Shown here piece by piece: positions 27,947 through 35,849 of a DNA stretch of 60,716 bases (its first letter is position 1; each line of letters begins with the position of its first letter). This DNA is from Candidatus Dormiibacterota bacterium. GTDB lineage: Bacteria > Chloroflexota > Dormibacteria > Aeolococcales > Bog-877. Position numbers and translations under genes: made by a program. The stretch is taken from NCBI GenBank assembly GCA_027306885.1, contig DAHUYV010000072.1:1-60716 (forward strand), read 5' to 3'. A model generated the notes under the pieces. That model was not told the DNA's origin, made no database searches, and worked only from the letters and a program-made list of their open reading frames with translations.

Positions 27947-28615
27947 TCACTGAGGCGGCGAGCGTCCGTAGATGAAGCCGGCCAGCCGCTCGACGGTGCT
28001 TCCGCTGGAGGCTGCCGCGACACCCCGAAGGTCGACGAACGGGGCGGCCGGCCCCGGGAGCGCCCAGTTGGCCTCCGCCACTGTGTACGCTCCATCGGCC
28101 GCCACCCCGACGACGAAGGCCACGTGCCCGGGCCCGGCGTCGGTGTAGACCGCGATCGCGCCGAGCTCCGGCGCTGGTCCCACCATGTACCCGGCGGCGG
28201 CCGCCAGCGCCAGCCATTGCCCGCCGTTCCCTCCCAGCAGCCCCTGCGGGGTTCGCCAGGTCACCAGGCGGCGGGTGGCGACGTACCAGGTGCACTGGCC
28301 CGTGGCGAACCCCTGGTAGTCATAGGGGTAGGGGTACGGATGCCCGGTGCACGCCGACGGTTCGAGGGCCAGGGCGCCTGGCTCCGGGCCGCAGGGAAGC
28401 GCCCAGGCCGGGAAGCTGGGGCTGCCGGCCAGCAGGACTGCGCCGGGCCCCAGCATCATGCCCCCGGGTCCCGGCAGCAAGCCCCCCAGTGCCGGCCACC
28501 CCGCGGCGGCGGCCCCCGCCCCCAGCAGGCCGAGCACGGACACCACCGCCACCGCCGGAACCAGGCAGCCCGCCGCCAGCAGGGGCCCGGTCCCGGCCAG
28601 CAACCCCCGCCTCAA
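27947..28615 (-). CDS. TM-anchored CHAP domain cell-wall hydrolase (VirB1-analogue of module 2)
   Basis: FATGQCTWYV, GNGGQW, GHVAFV and AGFIYG; TTGA overlap with the virB4 stop. Confidence 0.85.
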   Translation of the reverse strand: MRRGLLAGTGPLLAAGCLVPAVAVVSVLGLLGAGAAAAGWPALGGLLPGPGGMMLGPGAVLLAGSPSFPAWALPCGPEPGALALEPSACTGHPYPYPYDYQGFATGQCTWYVATRRLVTWRTPQGLLGGNGGQWLALAAAAGYMVGPAPELGAIAVYTDAGPGHVAFVVGVAADGAYTVAEANWALPGPAAPFVDLRGVAAASSGSTVERLAGFIYGRSPPQ

Positions 28616-30840
28616 GGGTGTCCCGGGCCGGCAAGGTGCCCGGTCAGCAGCGCCCTCTGCCAGGCCGGGGGGGCTGCCCCGCGGAAGGCGGCCCGCTCCT
28701 CCCCCACCAGCACCAGGCCGGAGCCGGCCTCGACCCCCTGGAGCAGCTCACATTCGGCCGGAGAGAGGGAGAAGGCCCGCCTCAGGGAGGGGATGGCCAC
28801 CGGCTCCTGCCGCAGGAGCAGCTTGGTGTGGCAGTTGCGGATGATCACGTTGCCGACGGTCGAGCCGAGAAAGTCCTCCACCACCTGGGAGACCACCAGC
28901 AGGCCGGCGCCCAGCTTTCGGATGCGCCGCGCCATCGCCTCCAGGAAGTGGGCGCTGGATTCCGACGAAAGCAGGATCTCGGCCTCATCGACCACCAACA
29001 GCGTAGGCAGCGCCGATCGGGCTTCCAGCTCCGCCTCCAGGTGCCACAGGACGAGCTCCATCGCGGTGCCCAGGAGTTGGTCGCGTCCGGCCTGGAGATG
29101 GCGCAGGGAGATGACGGCGACATCGCCCGCGGGGGGTGGCCCCGCCCCGTCGAAGATCCCGCTGTCGGCGCCGCCGAGATAGCTCTCCAGCTGGTGGGCG
29201 GGGCGCTCCAGACCCGCCTGGCGCAGCCGGTCCACCAGGGCGGCCAGACTCGCCCCGACCGGGTCGGCTCTGAGCAGAGCCTCGACGACCTCGCCCAGCC
29301 GTTCGCGGGGCTGGGGCCCGAGCTGGATCCCCCTCGCCGCCAGGGCGCGCGCCACCAGACCCGCTGCCCGGCTGGCTCGGCGGGCCGGGTCCTGACCCGG
29401 CGCCGCCGGCCCCAGTGGGTTGAGGCCCGCAGTGCCCGCGGCGCCGAGCTCGACCACGCTCCCACCCAAGAGGTGGGCAAGCTCCAGGTACTCGCCGGAG
29501 GGGTCCAGGCAGCGGATTCGGCAGCCCGAGATCGCCAGCCGGGCGGCCAGCACCTTGGTGGTGTAGGACTTGCCAGCGCCCGAGGTCCCGAGGACCACCA
29601 CGTTGCGATTGGGATTCGCGGCGGCCAGGAGGTCCACCGAGATCAGCTCTCGGGACACCGGGCTGGGCCCGAGCAGCACCCCCGACCCTGTGCTCAGGCC
29701 GGCGCGGAGGAATGGCAGTGCCGTGGCCGCCGCCCCCGCGGTCATGTCCCGGGTCCAGCCCAGCGGGTCGATCCCGGCGGGCAGGGTCGCCCGCCACCCA
29801 TCCACCTGGCGATTGGTGAGGGGGACGGGGGTGCATCCCAGCTCCGCCAGGGAGGCGATCAGGCGGTGCCAGGCGGTGTCCAACTCCTCCTTCGTGGCCG
29901 CCTCCAGGGTGATGCAGGTGAGCATCCGGAAGAGCCGTTCCTCCTCCAGGAGCACCCGCTCCTCCAGCGCCAGGGCATCTCCCAGCGCCGCCCGAGTGCC
30001 GGTGTCGGGTCGGCGCCCTCGCCGGCGGTCGACCTCGAGCCCGGTTTCGAACGAGCGAATCCGCCGGCGCAGATGTCCGAGGCTGGCCAGCTTGGGGATC
30101 GGGTACAGGTGCTGGGCGAGGCGCAGCGGACACGGCGGGCCGAGCACCACGGGGGCGAGCCAGCCCACCGCCAGCCGGCGTGGGTATCCCTGCACAACCA
30201 GACTTCGGCACACCCGGCCCGGGCAGACCAGCTGGTCCGCCTCCACCACGGCGGAGTCGGGGGCGAGCCAGCTGGGAAAGTCGGCAGGAACCCTGCCGCT
30301 GCGCCCACCGGTGTGTTCTTGCAGCAGCCCCAGCCACGTGCCGTCGCTCACCGGCCGGCAGTGCAGCCCCGCCCCCTCGAAGCTTGCGGCGAGCGCCTGT
30401 CGGCGCCGTTCCAGATCTATCGGTGCTCTGGGTGCGCGCCGAAAGGCCGAGAGGGCCCCGAGGGTGCCAGGCGCCGGGTCATCCCAGATGACCGCCAGAT
30501 GTCTTCGGGCGTGGATCGTGCCCCGGCTCAGAAGCTCTCTGGCGAAGGCGGAGTCCGCCTTCGCCTGGGGGCCGCTCGACCCCGGCGAAGCGCCGGGGGG
30601 CGGCAGTGGCCGTGAGTATGTGTAGAGGGAGATCGAACCCGCCAGGGCCGAGAGGGCCCTCCGGTAGCGCCTCCAGACCAGGTCCCGTTCGGCATCGCCC
30701 TTGAGGATGAGGTTGACGGCATCGACCTCGAGAGCGGCCCGCCGCCTCCCGTCTCGGAGCTCGGCCCAGCCGCCATCGATGCGGGTGACGTCGACGAGCT
30801 CGGTGGTGCTCGAGTGCCGGCCGCCGCTCCGGTGGCTCAA
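28612..30840 (-). CDS. virB4: VirB4/TraE-like secretion ATPase (module 2)
   Basis: NRNVVVLGTSGAGKSY, LDPSGEY, LLVVDEAE, ARRIRKLGAGLLVVSQ and LLRQ. TTG start overlaps the prgI-like stop. Confidence 0.92.
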   Translation of the reverse strand: MSHRSGGRHSSTTELVDVTRIDGGWAELRDGRRRAALEVDAVNLILKGDAERDLVWRRYRRALSALAGSISLYTYSRPLPPPGASPGSSGPQAKADSAFARELLSRGTIHARRHLAVIWDDPAPGTLGALSAFRRAPRAPIDLERRRQALAASFEGAGLHCRPVSDGTWLGLLQEHTGGRSGRVPADFPSWLAPDSAVVEADQLVCPGRVCRSLVVQGYPRRLAVGWLAPVVLGPPCPLRLAQHLYPIPKLASLGHLRRRIRSFETGLEVDRRRGRRPDTGTRAALGDALALEERVLLEEERLFRMLTCITLEAATKEELDTAWHRLIASLAELGCTPVPLTNRQVDGWRATLPAGIDPLGWTRDMTAGAAATALPFLRAGLSTGSGVLLGPSPVSRELISVDLLAAANPNRNVVVLGTSGAGKSYTTKVLAARLAISGCRIRCLDPSGEYLELAHLLGGSVVELGAAGTAGLNPLGPAAPGQDPARRASRAAGLVARALAARGIQLGPQPRERLGEVVEALLRADPVGASLAALVDRLRQAGLERPAHQLESYLGGADSGIFDGAGPPPAGDVAVISLRHLQAGRDQLLGTAMELVLWHLEAELEARSALPTLLVVDEAEILLSSESSAHFLEAMARRIRKLGAGLLVVSQVVEDFLGSTVGNVIIRNCHTKLLLRQEPVAIPSLRRAFSLSPAECELLQGVEAGSGLVLVGEERAAFRGAAPPAWQRALLTGHLAGPGHP

Positions 30841-31214
30841 GGTCCGGTCCCGGCGGCCGGGGCGGCGTTCCAGGGCAGGGGACCACGGCTCGACGGGCCT
30901 TGGTCCACCCAGCGGTATCCCCCAACCTGGGCCACCGAGTCGGGGTGGGAGAAGCGGTGCGGCTGCAGGCGAAAGAGGATCGCGTCCAGGAGGTAGACGT
31001 CCAGCCGGCGGCCGTGGCGGAGCCCGAACCCCAGCGCGGCCGCGATCGAGGCCCAGGGAGCGCTCAGGGTCACTAGCGGGGCCAGCCCGAGATGCAGGCG
31101 AAAACAGGCCAGAGGGACCGCTCCGGCGACCGCGAGCCAGCCGAGCTGACCCGTGGTCAGCCCGCCCCACCTGGAGGGCAGGTTCGAGATCGGCTGGGGA
31201 ACCTCGGCTTCCAT
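30837..31214 (-). CDS. PrgI family (VirB3-like) membrane protein (module 2)
   Basis: EVPQPI...RWGGLTTGQLGWL, two TM segments, GRRLDVYL..AILF...P; TGATG overlap with virB6. Confidence 0.8.
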   Translation of the reverse strand: MEAEVPQPISNLPSRWGGLTTGQLGWLAVAGAVPLACFRLHLGLAPLVTLSAPWASIAAALGFGLRHGRRLDVYLLDAILFRLQPHRFSHPDSVAQVGGYRWVDQGPSSRGPLPWNAAPAAGTGP

Positions 31215-33373
31215 CAACTACCGCCAGTTGGGTCCGGTGTCGGGCGGGATGAGGGGCGGAGCCGCCCGCGTCTGAGGGCGTTGAGGTAGGCGACGTCGAT
31301 CTCGTGGATCTGGGAGCCTCCGGCCATCTCGTAGCGCTGGCCAAGGCGCACAAGGGACCCCTGCGCGTCCGGCCCCGCCGACAGGGTCCGCAGGCTCGCC
31401 AGCTCCTCGTCACCCAGGCCCAGCCGGCTGCGCAGCTCGTCCGGGTGCCCCCGACCATCGGCGAGCCAGCGGCCGATGAACTCGTGCCGCGACTCTCGCC
31501 CCTCGACCGAGGGCCAGTGGGTCGCGCCGAGCAGCCCGGCCTGCTCCAGCTGGCTCGCCGTCGCGATGTCCGGGGGGGCCGGGCGCCCGAGGACAGCCGC
31601 TGAGCTCCGCTGCAGGCGGGACCCGAAGCGCATCGCGCGCGGGGTCCCCTCCTGGTTCACCAGCAGCGCTCCGCCCAGCACGACGCCTCCGGTCACCTCC
31701 GCCAGGCGGCGCAGCCGGTGGGTGGTGGAGAGCTCGCCCCGGCTGATCCGACCGGGCACCTCCAGCATCAGCCACACCGTCACCGCCGCCAGCAGGCACT
31801 TGGCGAACTGGTCGCCCGGGTTCCCGCTGCCGACCTCGGCGAGCAGGCCCTGGGTGGCGGCGCCGCAGCCCTGATTCCCGCTCTGGGAGATCAGCGGACA
31901 GGGCCCGTGGGCAGCCACCGGGGCCAGCCCCGACACCGTGGACACGACGGCCACGAAGGCGAGGAAGATGAGGGTCTGGACCACGACGACCGCCGAGAGG
32001 GCACCAATAGTGGCCCAGTACCGGGCGAACAGCGGTCGGCCCCCGGGAAGGGCGAGCGCCACGAACGCCAGGCTGGAGCACCCGGCCAGGAGCGCCAGCA
32101 CGATGAAGCGGGCGAGGTAGGTCAGGGCCAGCCACAGCCCGAGCCCGGTGAGCACCGTGAACGCCAGCAGGCCGACGAGGCCGTCCGGGACGTCGTAACC
32201 ATTGCGTCCGTGGGGCCCCACACCGGACCACACGTCGGTGTAGGTGGGGACCGTGCCCCAGTAGATGTCGGCGTAGCGGCAGTCCGCCGGACTCTGCCCG
32301 TTCCCCGCCCGCGGCTCGCCGGACAGAGGGAGCAGCCCCAGCTGCGGGGACCCCACATCGGAGCCCCCCGAGCCCTCCAGACAGTCCTGCCCCTGGTTGG
32401 AATTGACCTGGTTGTCGGTGTTGTCACAGAGCGGCTGCCCCGGGGCCGCGTCGCCACGGTCGCAGTTGGCGTCGTGGAGCGGCGGGCCGAAGAAGTTCTC
32501 ACTTCGATCGAGCACCTCCTTGGCGAAGTCGGGGCTGCTGGCCCCGATGCAGTGCGATTGGGTGAAGCGAGGGTCCATCCAGGGGTCGACCAGCACCTGC
32601 TGTCGAGGCGAGGGACCGGGAAGTGAGAGGTGGATGCCCGGGTGGATGATCGGGCTGTCCTCTGGGCAATAGGCCGTGATCGCCAGGACCGTCATCATGT
32701 CCAGGGGCTGGGCCTGGTGGCCACCGAGCTCGTGGAAGGACTCCTGGAGGATCCCGCCGGCGAGCCAGCTCCCGGCGTCGATGAGCCGGCCGGCGAGGTG
32801 GAGTGGAAGTCCCGCTCCGAGCACCGCCGCCGCCACCAGGCAGGGGACGATGCCCTGGCGCAGGTTCAGCTGCTGACCGGCCATGAACAGGGAGACCTGG
32901 ACGGCGAAGGCGATCACGAGCAGGGCCAGCGCCAGCGGCACCAGGATCTGGTTGAGGCGCTGGACCCAGGGTATGCAGCCCCCGGGCCCGCACTGATGGG
33001 CCGGTTCACCAAGGCTGCCGTCGTAGTTGTCGACCACCGGGTTGGTTCCAACCAGGGTTGTGATCAGATGCCAGGGGCCCGAGGTCACTGCTCCCGTCGT
33101 GGGGTCGATGTGGGCTGGGTCCGGACTGCCGTCGAGGCTGCCCATGATCGCCACCGGGCCCGAGACGAAGGCGTCGATCACGTAGCAGAAGGGGTCCGTG
33201 ATGCCCCCGCACTGCTGGCTGGTGCTGGCGGCCACCGTCTCGGCGGGGGCGGGGGCCGGCTGCACAGCGCTCAGCTGAACCGCGGTGGCGGGCCGCGGGC
33301 CCAGTGCCAGGGCGCTCCAGGTCAGCGCCGCCAGCCCGAAGCCGGTCCGCCTCAGGGTCCGTTGGCGGAGCAA
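31214..33373 (-). CDS. Large VirB6/TrbL-like membrane protein with Cys-rich extracellular loops (module 2)
   Basis: Signal-like N-terminus, several TM segments, the TrbL-like LARFIVLALL...LAFVALALPGGRPLFARYW core, 15 Cys; lies between the pilin-like and prgI-like genes. Confidence 0.72.
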   Translation of the reverse strand: MLRQRTLRRTGFGLAALTWSALALGPRPATAVQLSAVQPAPAPAETVAASTSQQCGGITDPFCYVIDAFVSGPVAIMGSLDGSPDPAHIDPTTGAVTSGPWHLITTLVGTNPVVDNYDGSLGEPAHQCGPGGCIPWVQRLNQILVPLALALLVIAFAVQVSLFMAGQQLNLRQGIVPCLVAAAVLGAGLPLHLAGRLIDAGSWLAGGILQESFHELGGHQAQPLDMMTVLAITAYCPEDSPIIHPGIHLSLPGPSPRQQVLVDPWMDPRFTQSHCIGASSPDFAKEVLDRSENFFGPPLHDANCDRGDAAPGQPLCDNTDNQVNSNQGQDCLEGSGGSDVGSPQLGLLPLSGEPRAGNGQSPADCRYADIYWGTVPTYTDVWSGVGPHGRNGYDVPDGLVGLLAFTVLTGLGLWLALTYLARFIVLALLAGCSSLAFVALALPGGRPLFARYWATIGALSAVVVVQTLIFLAFVAVVSTVSGLAPVAAHGPCPLISQSGNQGCGAATQGLLAEVGSGNPGDQFAKCLLAAVTVWLMLEVPGRISRGELSTTHRLRRLAEVTGGVVLGGALLVNQEGTPRAMRFGSRLQRSSAAVLGRPAPPDIATASQLEQAGLLGATHWPSVEGRESRHEFIGRWLADGRGHPDELRSRLGLGDEELASLRTLSAGPDAQGSLVRLGQRYEMAGGSQIHEIDVAYLNALRRGRLRPSSRPTPDPTGGS

Positions 33374-33639
33374 CTGCTAGTGGTGCACGCGGTGTTGTTG
33401 CCCGACAGCCCTTCGACAAAAGAGAGGATGGCGCCCTCGTTGACCAGCAAGAGGACGCCGAGGAGGACGGTGATCAATCCCTGGATCGCCGCCGCTCGCC
33501 GCTGGCTGTTGTCCAGGGAGGTCATGTAGCGGATGGCGGCGAAGCTGAGGCAGAGGACCGCCACCGCTCCCAGGGCGAGCGTCGTGACCGTGTGGATGAC
33601 GTTGTCCAGCCCGGTGGCGAAGCTGGCGAGGACGGTCAC
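33352..33639 (-). CDS. Small 2-TM pilin-like protein (VirB2/TrbC-like; module 2)
   Basis: 95 aa with two hydrophobic helices separated by RYMTSLDNSQRRAAA; GTGA overlap with virD4. Confidence 0.6.
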   Translation of the reverse strand: MTVLASFATGLDNVIHTVTTLALGAVAVLCLSFAAIRYMTSLDNSQRRAAAIQGLITVLLGVLLLVNEGAILSFVEGLSGNNTACTTSSCSANGP

Positions 33640-35204
33640 CCCGGTTTCTCCGGGAGGGCGGCGACCGGGGAGCGGCTCCATACCAGCGGCCCCCTGGGGG
33701 AGGGGAGCCGCTGGGAGGCGATCGGCTGTCCGGGCGCCGGGCGCGGCGGCTCCCACTCCCCTCCCGGCCGGGTCGCCTGCCAGCGCAGGCGACCATCTTG
33801 GAACCAGGGACGCTGGCGGATGACCGCCGGGTGGTCGCTGCCCCGGAGAACCAGGGCCCGACCGGCCCGCAATCGGCGGATCTCGTCGGGCGGGATCAGC
33901 GAATGGGGGCCGAGGGGGTCTCCCCGGCGCCCGGCGCCGCCGTGCAGCGTCGCCGCGCCCGCCAGTCGGCTGGCGCGCTCCAACAGGTCCACCTCAGATA
34001 TCCCCGGCAGGAGCATCTTGGTGCGGCAGTTGGCCCAGAGGGCGGTGACGGTGTCGGACCCGTAGAGCGACCCGATCGAGGCGAGGTCCTGGGCCAGCAG
34101 GATCATTCGCACCCCCTGAGTCCGGCCCAACTGGACCAGCGAGGGCAGCTCCGGAAGGGCGGTCAGCTGGGCGAACTCGTCGAGAACGAAGAGAACCGGG
34201 ACCTTGGGCGGATCGGCGAACACCGCCCGCCAGCACGCCGCCAGCAGGGCGCTGAGCAGTCCCCGCAGCAACGGCGCGTCCGGCGGACTCACCACGCAGT
34301 AGAGGGTGGCCAGGCCACCGTTGGCGACCGCTGTGGGGTCGAACGTGCTGGTGGAGGTGCAGGAGGCGACCTGCCCGGTTCCGAAGACCCCCAGCCGAGC
34401 GACCAGGGTGGCCACGACCCCCATCGCGGTGCGGTCGCCGCCGCTCAGGGCGCCCTGAACCAGGCTCCGGGCCGTCGGATGGAGGACCTCCCCCGCCACC
34501 TCCTCCGCGGGGACCTGCTGGAGCAGGGCCAGGAGCTGGGGGAGGGTGAGGCCGGCGAAGGCCGCCTCCACCAGGAGGCCGTGCAGCAACTGAAGCGCCA
34601 GTTCGTGCCAGAAGGGCTCTCGCTCCGGGGGCTTGCCCATGAGGAATCCGGCGGTCCGCAGCGCGTCCTCAGAGCTGGAGATGGCGGCGACGGGATTCCA
34701 GCGGTCGCCGGGCGCCATCAGGGGTGCGAACACCGCCGCCGCGCCGCGCTCGCGCCGGGCGCCGATGGTCCTCTCCAGGAGCTCACCCTTCGGGTCGGTG
34801 ACTATCACCGCACCCGGCCACTCCAGGATCGCCGGGATCGCGATCGAGCTGGACTTCCCAGATCCCGTCGGCCCCAGAACCAGCAGGTGCTCGTCCTCGG
34901 GCAGGAACAAGGGCGAGGAGCGAGCGGTGCCCAGCCGCACGCGGGCCCCGTCGCCCCGGTGCCGATGCAGGGCCCTGAGGTCCCACCAGCGAGCGTGGCG
35001 GGCGCGGCCAAGGGGCCCGGGGCGGAGGGGCGACCTCTCCCCGCTGAACCAGACCAGGGCGAGGCCGGCCGCCTCCAGTCCTCCGAGAAGGGCCAGCGGG
35101 CCGGCCGGGCCCGTTCCGCTGCGCAGGCTGGCGGCGAGGACCGCGACCGTGACCATGGCGGCGGGAATCGCCAGCGCGGCCAGCTCCCCCTGCCTCTTCT
35201 CCAC
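33636..35204 (-). CDS. virD4: Type IV coupling protein (VirD4/TraG)
   Basis: Two N-terminal TM segments, HLLVLGPTGSGKS, VIVTDPKGEL, LFVLDEFAQL, GRTQG..ILLAQ and LIPPDEIRRL. Confidence 0.93.
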   Translation of the reverse strand: MEKRQGELAALAIPAAMVTVAVLAASLRSGTGPAGPLALLGGLEAAGLALVWFSGERSPLRPGPLGRARHARWWDLRALHRHRGDGARVRLGTARSSPLFLPEDEHLLVLGPTGSGKSSSIAIPAILEWPGAVIVTDPKGELLERTIGARRERGAAAVFAPLMAPGDRWNPVAAISSSEDALRTAGFLMGKPPEREPFWHELALQLLHGLLVEAAFAGLTLPQLLALLQQVPAEEVAGEVLHPTARSLVQGALSGGDRTAMGVVATLVARLGVFGTGQVASCTSTSTFDPTAVANGGLATLYCVVSPPDAPLLRGLLSALLAACWRAVFADPPKVPVLFVLDEFAQLTALPELPSLVQLGRTQGVRMILLAQDLASIGSLYGSDTVTALWANCRTKMLLPGISEVDLLERASRLAGAATLHGGAGRRGDPLGPHSLIPPDEIRRLRAGRALVLRGSDHPAVIRQRPWFQDGRLRWQATRPGGEWEPPRPAPGQPIASQRLPSPRGPLVWSRSPVAALPEKPG

Positions 35205-35356
35205 CGCAGCTGTCAGTCCTGCCGAGGCCCATGCTTGGGGCGCTAGGTCGTCGCGACGGCCCCGTCTCCGGCCGCCGCCCGCCCGTTACATGAATTTGCC
35301 GGACTGCTGCACGAACTTGCACAAACGCGGCAGCCCGCGGGCCTAGACTGCGGCCG

Positions 35357-35839
35357 ATGGCCAGTCCAGCCCCCCGTCCCCGTGCCGCGGTTCGCCAGAC
35401 CGGGGGGCGGACGATCCTGGTCGCGGATCGCGACCAGCGATCTCGGACCGCCACCGGGGCGATCCTTCGGCGCCTCGGATTCGAGGTGGCAGAGGCCGAT
35501 TCCTCGCGAGCCGCCCTCTCCCGCGGGCGCTCAGGTCCTTACTCCTGCGGGATCCTGGACCTCAACCTCTCCGACTCCGGGCCCTTCGACCTCTGCCGCC
35601 GGCTGCTGGCCACCCCGGGGTGGACGTGGACCCCGGTGATCTTCACCTGCGTCAGATCGCCTGAGCTCGACCTGCGCTCCGCACTTCAGGACGGGGGCTT
35701 CGCGTACCTCCTCAAGCCCTTCCGGGCGGACCAGCTCCTGGCGGCCGTCGGCGATGCCCTGGCGGCCTCGGTACCCCTCCGCGAAGCCCAGCCCGACCGG
35801 CGGCTGGTGCTGGCTCAGGCGGAGGCCGCCGCGGGCTGA
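35357..35839 (+). CDS. Single-domain response regulator (CheY-like receiver)
   Basis: ILVAD, phospho-acceptor ILDLNL and YLLKPF; no output domain; ATG after TAGACT-N7. Confidence 0.85.
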   Translation: MASPAPRPRAAVRQTGGRTILVADRDQRSRTATGAILRRLGFEVAEADSSRAALSRGRSGPYSCGILDLNLSDSGPFDLCRRLLATPGWTWTPVIFTCVRSPELDLRSALQDGGFAYLLKPFRADQLLAAVGDALAASVPLREAQPDRRLVLAQAEAAAG

Positions 35840-35849
35840 TCCGGGCCGG

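Larger units (their letters stand above)
27947..35204 (-). other. T4SS-like module 2 (virD4, pilin-like, virB6-like, prgI-like, virB4, CHAP)
   Basis: Six genes with overlapping junctions, in the order typical of MPF_FATA conjugation modules. Confidence 0.85.

Noticed and set aside
28612-31458. Apparent 948-aa VirB4 or PrgI-VirB4 fusion
   Set aside because: The extension is low-complexity and overlaps prgI in another frame. The TTGA overlap at 30837-30840 gives a natural start.
12470-35204. Calling the T4SS genes an ICE or other mobile element
   Set aside because: No integrase, relaxase, att repeats or tRNA target were seen, and core genes lie inside and between the modules. Mobility cannot be supported from this window.
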